Notes: generated from the letters alone by a model not told the origin. Counted from the stretch's first letter, positions 14,043 to 28,829 are shown. The stretch is 64,000 bases of DNA from Octopus vulgaris (GCA_951406725.2 OX597823.1:42966001-43030000), one strand, 5' to 3'. Numbers and translations are program-made.

Positions 14043-14314
14043 GAAAGAGAGAGAGTCATATTATTCCTTTCAAGACAACTTGGCGTGTTGTGTTACTGAA
14101 GTAAACAAACTCTGGAATGGTTTTGTTATTATAAATATACAAATTTTATTGTCGCACGTAATTTATGCAGCTCAAATTTCCAGACGCGGCCATACATATA
14201 GACGTACATGCACAAACAGAGACGCACATACACACATACATACGCACATACACACACAAACACACATACTCAGGCAGGCAGGCACGCACACACACATACA
14301 CACACACTCACATA

Positions 14315-14363
<49 letters not shown>

Positions 14364-14839
14364 TTATATATGTAAAGTTTTAGGCATTCATACATCCTCA
14401 TTAATTGTTATTTCTTTATGAATAATTTGTGTGAGACAATAGAACAGTTATTTTATACATTTTAAAATTTATTCCAGATATTGTTTACTTCTAGTTTCTG
14501 TTTACTAACAGAAACTGCCATGTTGTCTTGATGAACACAAATTATGCAACAAGAAAGTGAACTTCTAACAGTGACCCATGGTCATTTGACAGCTATTTCT
14601 AGCATGTCGAGATAAGATGTTACAGTCATAAAGATACGGATTCACACAAACACACAAGCGCTTACATACGCATACAGTTATATATACACTCAGAGATATA
14701 CTAAACTTTCTGATGAAGAGGTGTGACATTGATTTCAAAATTTAGGCTACTTGGTGTTTCTCCGATGAATGTTAAACTGGGTATTACCCAGAAATGCTTC
14801 AGCCTGCTTGCTTATAGATTAGCTTGTACGAGCCAAGCA

Positions 14840-15370
14840 TCTGTTTTTCACTGACAGGAGAGCCCAGGCAAAGCAAGTGCACCGAGCAGCTCATGTTGAT
14901 CCCCTTTTTAAAAACCGCGAGAATCATCTACATTCACTGAGGTTCCTTCGACCGTGCTTTCAACAAAGAGAACTTAGTGGATGTTTAAAGGAGTTCAGGT
15001 AGAGTTTGAAGGCTTGAAGGATTTCAGGTCAGAGGTTTTTCACATCCTGTTAACCAACACTTTTGACAGCGATGGGCATCAAAGCTGTGCTCCACCCACC
15101 CTTTGGTTCAGACCTTGCTCCTTGTGATTTTTGGTTGTTCCACAAGCTGAAGGAGAACTCAGGAGCAGTCATTTTAAAGACGTTGAGATGGTGAAGACAA
15201 GGGCCCTGGGGACATTAATTTTGAAGACTGCCATAGGGGCTTCACGAAATGGCTGGAGCACTACAAGTTCAGTGAAATTAGAGGATGCTACTTTCAAAGA
15301 AGCTAGAGTTTTGTACTTCTTTATAATTAATGTCTGTCCTATAAATGTCTCAAACATTCTAGAATGCTCC
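14840..15370 (+). mobile_element. Mariner transposase remnant
   Basis: GIKAVLHPPFGSDLAPCDFWLFHKLK at ~15075-15150 matches the mariner HPPYSPDLAPxDF motif. Frameshifted. Confidence 0.8.
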
Positions 15371-15489
15371 CTGTACTCTACAAAATGTATTGAGTAATTC
15401 TTCAGTTTGATGTTAGATCGTTTATATTTTAACTTGACAAGAAAACAAACATTAATATATATATACATATATATATATATATGTATGTA

Positions 15490-15695
15490 TAGTTAATCCA
15501 AACATGAAAACACAAAGAGAAAACACAACAACGCGAGGACGTGGAACAAGTATAGTATTATTGGACGCTCAGGAAAGAAGGAGGGTTTAATGTTTCGAGG
15601 GGAGCTCTTCGTCAGAAACATAGGAAAAGGAAAGATCCAAGGAAGGAAAGACGGAGGCAAAAAATCGGCAACGGTACACCCACGTCACATTTTGA
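15490..15695 (-). mobile_element. Penelope-like pseudo-LTR remnant with minimal hammerhead (15585-15619)
   Basis: Minus strand gttt-CTGACGA-a-gag(ctccc)ctc-GAAA-ca-TT-aaac, in (TA)n context. Confidence 0.6.
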
Positions 15696-17354
15696 ATGTA
15701 TATATATATATATTGTGGTTTTGTGTGCGCGTGCGTATGTGGATTCACACATATATTCATGACGTCAATTTCAGACACGTCAATATACTGTAAATGCATT
15801 ACACCTTCCTTGGTACAATGAATGATGTACCTTGAAAACTGCCATTTATAAAAATTATAGTAAAACAAATTATAATTTTCTTTGAATGTTTGCTCAAAAG
15901 AGAGCGAGTTTTAAATAAGTTTGTAATAGTAAATGAATAGAAGAACAAAGTAATTATGCTGATGAGCTGTTTGGCAAGTACCTTATTTCGTCGACCTCCA
16001 CATGGACATCCCTTGGAGGGGTTTGAAATGAGAATATAAAATCCAGGACTAAATACAGCGAAGCATTATTTTCTTTCTATTCAGCCAACCGCCTGCCACC
16101 AAAGTAATATTTATCTGTTTATCTTATTGACTCTGCATTTAGATGTCCCTGGTGCATTTGAACTTAGACCCTGGTGCATTTTGTACTTAGGCTAGGAAGA
16201 ACTATGGGAATGCATTATGTCCGAGACTGTTAAAATTCAACCAGCTCACCGCCCTCAAACTGATAAATAAGATGTATACTATTTCTAAGTACTCTACAAA
16301 ATGACAGGAAACTGAGATCAGCGATCTGGTGTTGCAGAAATATCGTGAGATGTCCCAGTGGGCCACTGAATTAAATCAAGGTATTTTTAAAGTCTACAAA
16401 AATCTTGAGATCTCTTGGTTCATTACACGATAAGTAAGATTTACATGGATGTAAAAAAAACTTCCAATGGCTCATATTTCAATGCAAAACAATTATAATA
16501 GAGAGAAATGTTTTTTTTTTTTAGAGGAAATAGGTAAGCTAGGTAAGCGAAATCGAATGCACACCTAACATGCACACAAAATATAAACTGTGTCAGGAGA
16601 CTCGTAAAGACTCCCCGCGTAGAAAATATCAATCACAACAGAAGAGAAAACCACAATAACATAGAAACAGGGTGATCAAGTGAAAAGAGGCAAGGTACAG
16701 CAGATTACTTTCAGCCAACGGCAATTGAAAGTCTCTGAAAAGTAATTATCAGAACATCTTTTAGCAAATAGATTAGCAGTCGCTGTAGGTTCTTCATTGG
16801 TACTCTGAGCTCTGACCGATTTATTGGCAGAAACAACCATCTTATAGATCCACCATGGTCACTTAATGAATATGAAGAGATATTTGGGAAGAATATAAAC
16901 TACACAAAACAAAGCCCAGTCTTAGAGGAGCTACGTAATATGAATTGGTTTGCCTAAAAATAATTCTTGCTAACCGTTTTGGAAATTGAATCTGTCATCT
17001 TACGGCAAATTTGTGCCTAAAAACTTAAGCGATTTCACACACACACACACACACACATACACACACACACATACACACACACATACACACACACACACAC
17101 ATACACACGCACGCACACACACACACACAGAAACTTGTATATTTGTATATATATATATGCGTGTGGGTGTGTATATATACAGAGATAGATATGCATATAC
17201 ATTTCTACACACACACATATATATTCATACATATTTATGTAATCGATATACGTGCATACGCGTGAATGTGTTTGCGTGTAGGTGTGTGTCTGTGAGCGAG
17301 TTTACAGATTAGACCCACAGCATTTGCGTAGATGGAACAAATATAGATGTGTGC

Positions 17355-17425
<71 letters not shown>

Positions 17426-18669
17426 TATATATATATATAGCAACAAATCTCAAGTAATTTCGATATGATTTGATCCCACATTACTGGATTTCAGTACATT
17501 CTGTTCGTAAGTTTCTGTACCCAAAAACTTCAACGTAGCTTCAACACTTATGACAAGAATATTTTCAGTGTAGCAACGTAGACATTCTCCATTAAATATT
17601 ATTCTTCGTTCTATAGTGCGTCAGTGATATTTTCTAGTGACGTGCGTGAAATATTAAATGTCAGATCGGTTTTGTGACAGTAAGAGCTGGCGGAATGAAC
17701 TTCTAAAAATATACTCCAAATTTAGAGTGTTGATAGACTTAAATATTGTTTCCACGTTTCACCTTGAAATAATCTTTTCTTTACCTTGTCTCTTCCTATT
17801 TCCATTTCCTATTATGATATGTGTACGATGAATGTGCGTATGCATATGTAGGTATATACGTTCACACGTATGTATATAGAACTGTATGTGTGTAGTTATG
17901 TATATATGTATACATGTGCGCGCTTGTGTGTATATCATCCGATTATACACACACATAATCGCACTCACGTACGCAGCACGTACCCACCTGCACACAGAGA
18001 CACATATACAGACATGAAAAGACGGAGAAAGGGAGAGATTTATATATATATATATATATGCATATATGTATACACACACACTCACATACACACACACACA
18101 TATACACGCAGAAAGATTGTGACAGAGAAGGGAGAACATTGCACTCATAGAAACAAAGATGGCAGGTTAACATTCGGTGTATACCTGTTTGCGTGTGTAT
18201 GTGTGTGCTTGTATGACTGTGCGTGTGTTTTTTTTTTGCGCGCGTGCCTGTGTGTGTGTGTCTTACCGCATGCATATACGCGTATATGCGTGTGCTCTTT
18301 TAGCAAGAATATGTTAGATTGCACCTATGACATATGTATTCACCTCAGACCAGTACGACCGATACGATTAATTCAGCTTGAATTTCAATCAATTGCGATC
18401 AGGTAGGATTGAGTTACGTATTTCAGACAGGACTTAAAAGGTGTTACAATGCGAATGAGCAGTGTATGAAGATGGTGTGGTCGTTTTGCGAAGATTTCTG
18501 CGTAGTTTGTACTCGGCTGGTTATTTCGGTATACAAATTATTTTGTAGTAACTAGATGAAGTTTGTAAAATAGGAAACGTGTGTCTGAGAATATTTATAA
18601 ATGGGAATTTCAGTTAAGAAAAAGGCGAGCATGACTGCTACAAAAAAAGAGAATATGTCAAGAATATAA

Positions 18670-19015
18670 AGGGTAAAGTTCCCGCTTCAGTCATGAATAA
18701 GCGTGGGATTGCACTTAGAAAGTCCCCCAGCAAAGCACAAGTCCGGGAAAGGTTGTTTATGGAATACCAGAAGTCGTCCATGCATACCAGCCTTCTATCT
18801 CTCCACGCCACCTATGTTATCCAAGGAAAAAGCAGAGGTCAATACAGCATGGCACCAGTGACGTTGCAACTCATTCCTACAGCTAAGGGAACTGGATCAA
18901 CGTGAAATAAAGAGTCTTGCTCAAGAACACAGCACACAGCCCGGTTCGGGAACCGAACTTGCAACCTTATGATAGTGAACCCAATGCTCTAACTACTAAG
19001 CCATGCACCTTCACG
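18670..19015 (-). mobile_element. SINE (family C, tRNA head plus CORE-like domain)
   Basis: Homologous to 57530-57825 (+) and partly to 50125-50372. tRNA-like head at 18940-19010. Confidence 0.75.
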
Positions 19016-19519
19016 GCAAGAATATAAAGAACATAAAAACAAAATACAATGGAGAAGAGGGATTTAATATGAAGAGGTTTGCCCAAAGGCAACTCCTGCC
19101 AACCGTTTTGGAAACTGAACCTGCTATCTCACGTCATTTCTGTGTCTAAAAACGTAAGTGATAGACCATCAACTTCACACACACACACACGTGTTTTGTG
19201 ATTCGAAGTCAATAAAATAAATTGCTAGTTGCGTACTGAAGTCGATGTAACCGACTAATCCTCACCTCTAAAATATCAGGCCTTGTACCTATAGAAGAAA
19301 ATATTATTATAAATAATAATCAATGGAACACCCAACCTAAACTGGCTGTGTTAATTATAACAACGTAGTCTGCAGTAACCGTTCCGAAACTGCACGGCAG
19401 TTTTCGACGTTATAAACAACGCATCTAGGTAAGCTTTGGTGAGCTTATTAATATATTTTTACAAAGGATGATTCTATCGCTGATTGCTAATTAATCTCAT
19501 TATTTTGGTTTGGTTCAGG

Positions 19520-19730
19520 TTCGGTCTCATTCCTGGTAGGATTTATGTGGGTAGCAGATTACTACTTGTAAACTTAGGTATCCACAAGTTTTCAGCAGTG
19601 CTTACAACTCTCCCGATAATTCTTGCTGTCCTTAAGAGCCAAATTTTCTGTAGGAGCCCTACTGTACGTTCTATTTCCATCTCCTCCTTCAGCCATTTGT
19701 CTATATCTTTCCTTACTGTTCTCAAAGCAC
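19520..19730 (-). mobile_element. R4/Dong-like LINE 3' fragment
   Basis: LLQKIWLLRTARIIGRVV resembles the C-terminal LQKxxLLxTAxIxRxVL of restriction-like-endonuclease LINEs. Confidence 0.65.
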
Positions 19731-19862
19731 TTTACTCTTCGCGTGCTCCAAATTTACTCTTCACGTGCTCCAAATTCTTAACCAGTTGAGCATGTCCTTT
19801 GATGGCTGATGTTATGAACATATCTGATCATGAGCAGAAGTAGGGGAGGAGCATCATATCCA

Positions 19863-19883
19863 TATTATTATTATTATTATTAA

Positions 19884-19941
<58 letters not shown>

Positions 19942-20048
19942 CTTTATTATTATTATTATCATTAATATTATTATTAATATTATTATTATTATTATTATCA
20001 TTAATATTATTATTAATATTATTATTATTATTATTATTATTATTATCA

Positions 20049-20093
<45 letters not shown>

Positions 20094-20130
20094 GTTATTA
20101 TATTATTATTATAATTATTATTATTATTAA

Positions 20131-20214
<84 letters not shown>
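19863..20214. repeat. Long (ATT)n microsatellite
   Basis: Seen directly. Abuts the 3' end of the Dong-like element. Confidence 0.97.
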
Positions 20215-20215
<1 letters not shown>

Positions 20216-21420
20216 GTTTGACATTTGCTTTGTATTTGTACAAGTTGACTCCATGTCTCACCCAGAGACCTCAAGAGACAACAAGTTAGAAGTTCATGTT
20301 GGTGTTATGCTTAGGGTGTCATATATTTGATTTTGTACATAGTATTGTTCTAGAGAATTTTTAACAAAACGTAAGAAAATTATGATCTTTTTTAAATTTG
20401 TGATTTCATAGGCGCAGGAGTGGCTGTGTTGTAAGTAGCTTGCTAACCAGCCACATGGTTCCGGGTTCAGTCCCACTGCGTGGCATCTTGGGCAAGTGTC
20501 TTCTGCTATAACCTCGGGCCGACCAATGCCTTGTGAGTGGATTTGGTAGACGGAAACTGAAAGGAGCCTGTCGTATATATGTATATGTATATATATGTGT
20601 GTGTGTGTTTGTATGTCTGTGTTTGTCCCCTTAGCATTGCTTGACAACCGATGCTGGTGTGTTTACGTCCCCCGTCACTTAGCGGTTCGGCAAAAGGGTC
20701 CGATAGAATAAGTCCCGGGGTCGATTTGCTCGACTAAAGGCGGTGCTCCAGCATGGCCGCAGTCAAATGACTAAAACAAATAAAAGAGAGTAAAGACAGT
20801 ACTTTATGTAGGATATGGGCAGTTCCCATGAGCACTATCTTTTGAATTTCTGCAATTTTGGGGTCTACTGGTATCTGACCTAGGAAGCAATCAGCCCCCT
20901 TTGCTATCATTCCTTCGGCACCTGTGACAACAGTTATTATTTTAGCCTTGAGGTTCCACATTTTGCCAATTTCTATTTCGAGATCCTTATATTTGCTCAG
21001 CTTTGATACATTTATGTCGATTGGGACAGTCATGTCAACAGGAGGCATGATTTTTGTCTGAAGTCTTTCAATATAATGTCTGACCTATTCGCATCCATCT
21101 TTCTGTCAGTTTGAATGGTGAAGTTCCAGAGGAGTGAGATGTGATCATTTTCAAGAACTGGCGGTAGTTTGTTATCACACCAGTTTTAACCATAGGACAG
21201 GTCCAGTTTTTTGCAAATTACCGAGTGAATATATTGTGCTGCTCTATCATGCCTGTTGAGATACTCTGTAGGTGCAAGAAGACTGCACATGGAGTTGACG
21301 TAATATTAGGCTACTGCCGTTCCTTAGTATATTGACCTGGTAGTTCCTTGTAGGCAAGCATTAATCTTGGGCTGCTATGATAAACTCTTCTGTTTCTGAT
21401 CTTAAGTCAGAAGCCACTAA
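20215..21420 (-). mobile_element. R4/Dong-like LINE 3' portion (REL endonuclease plus 3' UTR) interrupted by a SINE
   Basis: YLNRHDRAAQY, WNFTIQTDR..NRSDII, DMTVP..KYKDLEIEI..IQKIVLMGTAHILHKVL. Ends in a (TAA)n tail, as in Dong elements. Confidence 0.8.
20410..20790 (+). mobile_element. SINE (family D, head ggcgcaggagtggctgtg)
   Basis: Near-identical to 40038-40445 (-). tRNA-like A/B boxes and an internal microsatellite. Confidence 0.88.
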
Positions 21421-21484
21421 CTCAATTTACCATTGAGAGGGGGTTTTTTTTACACTTATCAGTACGAATATCTAAGGCAGCAGT

Positions 21485-21561
21485 TTATCATTATTATCAT
21501 CATCATCATCATCATCATCATCATTATTATTATTATTATTAGTAGTAGTAGTAGTAGTAGT

Positions 21562-21635
<74 letters not shown>
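21485..21635. repeat. Compound microsatellite (ATC)-(ATT)-(AGT)-(AGC)-(AGT)
   Basis: Seen directly. Confidence 0.95.
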
Positions 21636-21865
21636 AGAAGGACGCGAGCTGCCTAAATCGTTAGCATATTGGGTAAAGTAATTAGCGGCAATTTCCCCCG
21701 TTCTTATATCCTGGTTTCAAGTACTACCGAAGTCAAATTTACACCTCTTCCTTTCGGAAATCGATAAAATGTAGTACCAGCCAAGTACTGCGATTGATAT
21801 AACTGACTAAATCTCTCCCGCTAAAAACATTGCTGACCTTGTGACAAACTTTGGAACCATAATTA
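21636..21865 (+). mobile_element. Degenerate family A SINE
   Basis: gcgagctgcctaaatcgttagca ... tcgataaaatgtagtaccag ... gaccttgtgac. Confidence 0.65.
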
Positions 21866-22349
21866 GTATTATATCTTTCGTATGTAAGGTACCTTAACAA
21901 AACAAAACAGCCATTTTCCACCATAAGTATTTTATGCTGACTATAACATGAGAGATGTTACCATTTATCTATTCGTTTGTTCTTTTTAGTTTTCCCTTGT
22001 CAAATAGAACAATGCTAATAAGGAATATACAAGGACACTTTGAAGTTGTTAATCACATAGGAATGTAAATTAGATTATATTAACTTCTAAATGACATACA
22101 AGGATCAAAAATAATAAAAGTGACAGCTTCCAAATACGAAGCTTCCTAAACAGATATACGAGCATCGGTATTTCTGGGATTTTTTTTCTTTTTAGAAAGC
22201 TGTCTGCATTAAGAAACTTTACGATGGTTATTTGTCGCCAAAACGTAATATATGTCCATATACACATTCACACACACAGACACACACACACACATGCACC
22301 ACACGCATACACGCACATGTATGTATGTGTGTATTATGTATGTTTACAT

Positions 22350-25300
22350 ATACTAGCAGAGTTAGAAGAATACCTGTAGTTCATCAGGATAAAATTTCTT
22401 AATATGATAATGAGCGTAGTGTTTTTTTTATATTTTTTTATATTTATTTGATATAAAATAGGTTTAGTGGACACTGACGAATCATTTCACTAGGGAAATG
22501 CTTTGTTTACATGTTACGAAGATCATTTTCTCTAATATTTCCGTTCCAATGCCTGTGTGTAAATTTACAGTATATAGTGTTTATTATTAATTCACTGATA
22601 ATTTAATTATCACTAATCCTATGACTTGTTTACAGTATATAGTGTTTGTTATCAGTTCGACTGATACTTTTAGTCATTCGTATTCTCATAACTTATTTAC
22701 GGTATATAGGCTTTGTTATCCATACACTGATACTCTTTCTTCTGCTCCGGAGAATGAAGCAGACAGAAGGCGACTGTTAGCCAGAGAAAGACAAAGGCGA
22801 AGAACAGCCAGTCTCACTCAGGAAGAACTGGACGCAAGAAGATTAAAAAAATAGATTGAAAAGTATATTTTTGAATCAGTCACAAGAAATGAGACAAGAG
22901 AGAAGAATACATGATGCAAGACGACAGGCTCTAAGCCGTGAAAATGAAAATGAGAACCCCATCGCACAAAGAAGATATCCAAAAACAGAGAACAACACAA
23001 AAGTGCCAGGATAAAACAGAACAGCAAACAACAGAGAGGAAGAGCAAGCAGCAGAGATGAGAGAAGATCTAAGAATGAGAGTATTGCAGAGGCGACGAGT
23101 TGAACCGGGAAAGCAAGTATCAAAACGGAAAGAAATCGAAAGAGCGAGAACATCGCAAAAGCGCCAAAGTAAAACGGGAGAGCAAGCAGCATAGAGGAGA
23201 GATGGTCTAAGAGAGAGAGAGGGGGGAGAGGAGGGAGAGACTAAGACTTGAGAATGAAACTGAAGAAGAAGCAAATGAGGCGAAGAATCGAAGAAAAATT
23301 AAAACTGAAACAGAAGAACAAAGACGTAATCGAAGGCAGCGGAATGCGAATACCATGAGAGTTTTGCGAAGAGTTGGAAATCATGTAAATTTAGTGAATA
23401 ATCATACTTATAAAGAAGAGAATTCTCCAGTTAATAACTGTGGTGACATGAATACATTGTGTCAGTTTTGTAGAGCCAAACATTTTGCTTCAGAGCGACT
23501 ATCAGGCGGATGATTTAACAGTTGCTGCTACGGAAACTCTTGCCTCCACTTAGAAGAGACTTTCCTCCATACTTACGATCTCTGTTGTCAGACACTCAGC
23601 ATCCACATTATGTTAACTTGAAGGAAAACATAAGGTCATACAACTCTGCTCAAACTTTCACATCTATGGGTGCTCACATTGATGACCCACAAGGACGAGG
23701 TCCTTTCTGCTTCAGAGGTCATGACCAAGTTTATCACAGGTCTTCGCACAAACAATTTGCGCAAATGTATGTTGTTGACAGATGTACACTTGAGGTGATG
23801 CACAGATTTGATGAGATTATCAGAGCGAACAATGTCTATGCTGAATCTTACAGGACACCACGAGAAGTAGAAGTGCACGAGGAACAGCATCCTCAACAGG
23901 AACAGAGGCCTATGTCTGTCGTAAATTTAGTTTTCAACACTGCTGATAGGTGGAAACACAATTTACCATCAGCTAATGAAATAGATATCGTCTTCAGCAA
24001 TACTGACAGCAAGCCACTATTCAACAGAGATTTCAAATTTACCCAAGAAACAATGAAGTCCATGTTATCAGTTTGAACATTCTTAGCTCCGACCTCGACC
24101 CAATGACGTATATATTTTCCATATGGAGAGCCAGGATGGCAACCACATATGGTTGGTAATAAAAATAGAGCAAACTCAAAGCAAACTGTTACATTGTTCC
24201 AACATACAATATCTCTTACAGCAGTTAGAGATGGTGAAGTCGAAGGTAACAATATAGATTTTGTGAAGAATCATCAACACAGGTTAAAAGTAGAACAATA
24301 CCATGATCTTGTTGATCAGTTACAGAATGCTGCTAATTCTGCAAATGCTCGAGTAGGACGCAGAGTTATCTTGCCTTCATAATTCTCTTTGGAATATGCA
24401 TGAGCGCTATCAAGACGTCATAGCTATTGTGCGCATAGATAATCCTACTGGTATCTTCCTCACAATAACCGGCAATCCTAATTGGCAAGAAATTAGAGAG
24501 AATTTACTTCCAGGCCAAACTTCATCACATAGACTGGATTTGATTGGCCGTGTATGGAGTATAAAGCTGCACGAAATCTTGAATGACATCACTAAAAACA
24601 TATATTTGGAAGAGTCCTTGCTTGCTGCCACACCATTGAGTTTCAAAAGAGGGGCTCACCACATGTCCACCTGTTGATCATTTTGCACCCTGATGATAAA
24701 TTGGATGATCCAGAAAGAATTGATTAAATTGTCTGTGCCGAGATCCTTGATCCCGTCACTGAACCCTTACTACATGAAACAGTGAAAAGGTGTATGATTC
24801 ATGGGCCCCGTATTGATCTCAACCCTGCTGCTCTCTGCATGGAAAATAAAAAGGGCCTTAAAGAATTTCCAAACGAGTATCCACAACACACACGGATAAA
24901 CCCAAACGGTTACTCGTTGTACAGGCGACGTCGAGGGACAATAACTCGTGTTCGCAACCACGCAATAAAAACCGATATGTAGTGCACTGCAATGAGTATC
25001 TGTTACGTAAGTTCAATGCTCATATTTGTGTTGAGATTTGCCTCTTCATCTTCTCTGTAGTTCTTAGTGGTTGGAAATGGAATCCTCACTAACAATGAAG
25101 GGTTGGGAGAAAATCTCATATAAATTTCCCAAAACATGGTATCTACAAATAACATTTTTAAAAAAGTTTTTGGGGAAGACTTATTACTAGACAATGATGA
25201 GGCAATTGAAAAAGTGTCATCGAAAATCATTTCAATACCTAAAAACAAAGATTCTCTTCACATAAACAGACATAATATCATTATTGGCTAGTGAGGCAAC

Positions 25301-25680
25301 AATCTGCAGAAGCTTTGGTACCATCGTTGTAGAAAATAACGAAGCTGTTATACATTATCCATTGGAGTTTTTAAATTCACTGACGCTTTCTGGGATGCCA
25401 CTTCATAAGCTGACCTTGATGAAGCGTTCGATAGTCATGTTGCTGAAGAACCTGAACCCAATGAGAAGTTTATTCAATGGGACCTGGATCTTACTGCTGT
25501 CCATCAAGAATTTTTTCATTCGTGGAAAAATACTTAGTGGAAGTAAGAAAGGAGAGGAAGCCTTTATTCCGCGCATCAACCTCCGTCCCAGTGAGACAAC
25601 TCTTTCCCTTAGTAAGAGTAGACGATAGTTTCCTCTTATCTCAACATAAACAAAATAGCTCTCCTTTGCGTCGACGAAGT
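22350..25680 (+). mobile_element. Degraded Helitron Rep-helicase
   Basis: ENIRSYNSAQTFTSMGA, MHERYQDVIAIVR..IFLTITGNPNW, VKRCMIHGP and PIF1-type YPLEFLNSLTLSGMPLHKLTL..NGT..FIPRI. Many stops and an internal deletion. Confidence 0.9.
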
Positions 25681-25689
25681 CGTAAAGTT

Positions 25690-26100
25690 TGCGTATGAAA
25701 TCAAGTGCTGTACCTAGGATAATGGTGCTTCTATCATGAGCCTTTCTTTTTAAATCATCAACAAAACACAGCTTCAGAAACCGCAGCACTTCATTGGGAA
25801 AGAGCTGAAGAGGATCAAACTTATGATAGATTCGCCCTTTTACTTTAAAAATTGGCATAAGTTTACTGGTTGTGATCTAGCCCTTACTTCTTGAGATTTC
25901 TGCCTGCCCTGGCGCTGTTATGAGTTTTCATGCTATCTCTGTACAGGTTGTTTTGCAGAAGTTTGTTAAAGACGAGGCCGTCAGCATCAGGTATCTCCAG
26001 TCATTTACAACAGTCTGTCTAATGGCGCTTTGTTTACAGGATGTGTCACGTTCACTATCAGTCACAAGTTTGCATTGATCTGCATTCCTGGCAGCATAAT
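25690..26100 (-). mobile_element. Second Helitron N-terminal fragment, opposite orientation
   Basis: MPIFKVKGRIYHKFDPL resembles the Helitron FMPTFKxQGQVYHxIGSL motif. Confidence 0.55.
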
Positions 26101-26689
26101 CACGAAGTCTTTGTTAACGATGTTTATTTATTTCTTCTTCCTCAGAGTACATTGAATTTGGCAGCAGAAGACGTTGTAGGTGGGGCACATGTTTTTTTGT
26201 AGAATTATTGATGAAAACACTATTAGAAATGAATTGTAAGTGTTATTTTCGCTTATACCATGGAGAAAAACATCTTTCATAACAGAATATGTATAATCAG
26301 GAAGCTATATGAACCTTGATGCTGAATGAAATTACCATAGCTTGACGCTAAATTGTGGCTTCCAGGTTAAAGAGAAATTGTAAACATTCAATTTCAAGAA
26401 ATGTATGACGTAAAAGATTTGAATGACAAAACATGTCACTTGTTCAGCCGAGAGAACACAGTTCCCATCTTCCCCATTCATCTGTTCCATATAATTGTTT
26501 TGGTTTCCTTCCTTCTTTCTTTTTTCCCTTCTGCTTGACGTTCACGTGATTCTGGCTCTTGAAAATTTTCACGAGGTACAGTAAGGTGCAGGGTTTTCGA
26601 GGAAGATAAATACGTAACACTTATCAGATAATGAAGAAGATGAGAGAGAGAGATGTCGTGATATTGAAAGAGAGAGGGAGAGAGAGAGA

Positions 26690-26690
26690 T

Positions 26691-26768
<78 letters not shown>
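26690..26768. repeat. (GAAA)n microsatellite
   Basis: Seen directly. Confidence 0.97.
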
Positions 26769-26959
26769 CGAGCATATGATAATTAAAAGAGTGAAAATTT
26801 GGATGAGAGTCTGAAGTGAGGCAAGAGTGAATGTACAAACCGATGTAACATAAAAATGAGAAAGTGGGTGTTTAAAGAAACAAAACAAAGAAAAAAAGGA
26901 AACCAACAATATAAGATCATAAACTTTCCAAAACCATATGATAGTAGAGATGGTACGAA

Positions 26960-27300
26960 AGAAAATGAGAAAATTAAGAAATACCATGCCCTAGCCAGAG
27001 ATATCAAGAGATTGTGATAGACAAAGGTGATAATTGTTCCTCTGATAGTTATGGCAGTTAGCGCAACGCCCAAACTGCTACCTAAGAGGCTAAAGGAGCA
27101 GTTTCCAAGGGCTATTAAAGATATATTAAGAATATCGGTGCTGATCTCAGGCTCGAGGTGATCCAGAAAACCGCATTGTTGGATACAACTCGCATTCTAA
27201 GGAGTGTATTGTCACTTTAAGTCACAGAAGATAATACTTGAAACATTTGGTGATTTGTTGTTGCCTGTTTTCAAGTAAAGTATAACCGGTAATTAAGAAC
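26960..27300 (+). mobile_element. R4/Dong-like LINE 3' end followed by (AAT)n (27317-27467)
   Basis: KYHALAREISRL..VIIVPLIV..IQKTALLDTTRILRSVLSL*, then a short UTR and TAA repeats. Confidence 0.75.
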
Positions 27301-27343
27301 TACTCAAGAAGCTTTCATAATAATAATGATGATGATGATGATG

Positions 27344-27452
<109 letters not shown>

Positions 27453-27467
27453 TGATAATAATAATAA

Positions 27468-27998
27468 ATGCTCTGGTAAATTACCATGCCCTGGTTCCTA
27501 TGGCTTCTGATCATAACTGATTGATGTTACTATCTATATGTTTTGTCTTCAAATATTCTTCAAATATTCTGCTCAATACTACATACCTGTTTGTCAGTTG
27601 CTTGACCTTAATCAGTTAGTGGCTGACGATATGTGCTTCTCTGATCACGAGCAAGAGTAATGAGAGAGTGTCATGGCCATGTGGTGAGAGGAATTCTTTA
27701 GTTGTTTGAATAATTCACTTCTGGGAACATGGATGTTTCGTTAAACATCCTTAAACAACCCTCATTCAAGGACCTTCGGAGCGGGATGGGCTACTCGACC
27801 TGAAGAAAATTTGAACTAGGCCCCACTTGCAAGATCATGAGCTGTTTATCTTGATATGAAATCACCATGTCACACACATGGTTGTGATACATATGCCTGG
27901 CGTACCCTTATCAGACGGGTGGTCGTGATGAATATATATTGGGCTTTGTATACTTGTACGCCTGTGTCACTTTGATGGCATGCGCTCTTCTCTCACTC
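27468..27998. repeat. ~530-bp interspersed repeat bounded by (AAT)n, copy 1
   Basis: Aligns end to end with 35449-35990. Fragment at 19780-19862. Confidence 0.85.
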
Positions 27999-28829
27999 AA
28001 TAATAATAATAATGATGATGATGATGATGATGATGGTGATGATATTGATAATGACGATATCTATGGTTATTTCACTGAATATACAATCGAGTCGAGAATG
28101 ACGCTGAGTACTACATCGCATATGATATTCCTCACAAATATACAAAACAAGAAGGACTAAGTGTTTAAACAGTAAAAGGAGTTTGAAATAATAAAAGAGA
28201 AAAGTGGGACGGAGGGAGGGAGAGAGAAGAAGGCAGTGGGCGGAGAGAAAACAGGGAGCATGGGAAATCAAAAAGAAAATGATGGAGGAAGATTGGAAAC
28301 ATTGGAAAGAGAGTCTAAAAGACTCGCCGTAAACATATTCGAAGCCAGCCGTCGTCGTCGGCTCACCAACGCAGGATATCTTTATTTATTTGCATTCATT
28401 TATTTGCTAATTCCATTTCTATAAAATTTTATCCATAATTTATTCATCTATTCATTCCCTGATTTATTTCGAAATTAGACAATATTCAAGACTAACGACA
28501 TCCATCCTCACATCAGACAAAATACTACAGTAAACGTTTAACGTTGTAGGTGGGTGACCTTACCATAAATGCTAACTACGCAATGCAAATTCAGCATCGT
28601 TTCAGATCTTCTCATCAAAATCCGAAATAGATTTATACATATCTACGTAATTCTATCGTCATTCCCAACAACACTACACCATTGCGAACATACCGAATAG
28701 CCTTCCTCCTGCTCTACTCTTGAAATTATTCAAATTCAAGTAAATATCAGTAGCTATTTAATCATTAAATTCATTCATGTTTAAAAGAACACGGAAACTT
28801 TTACGTATGAATGAAGGAGTCGAACAGGG

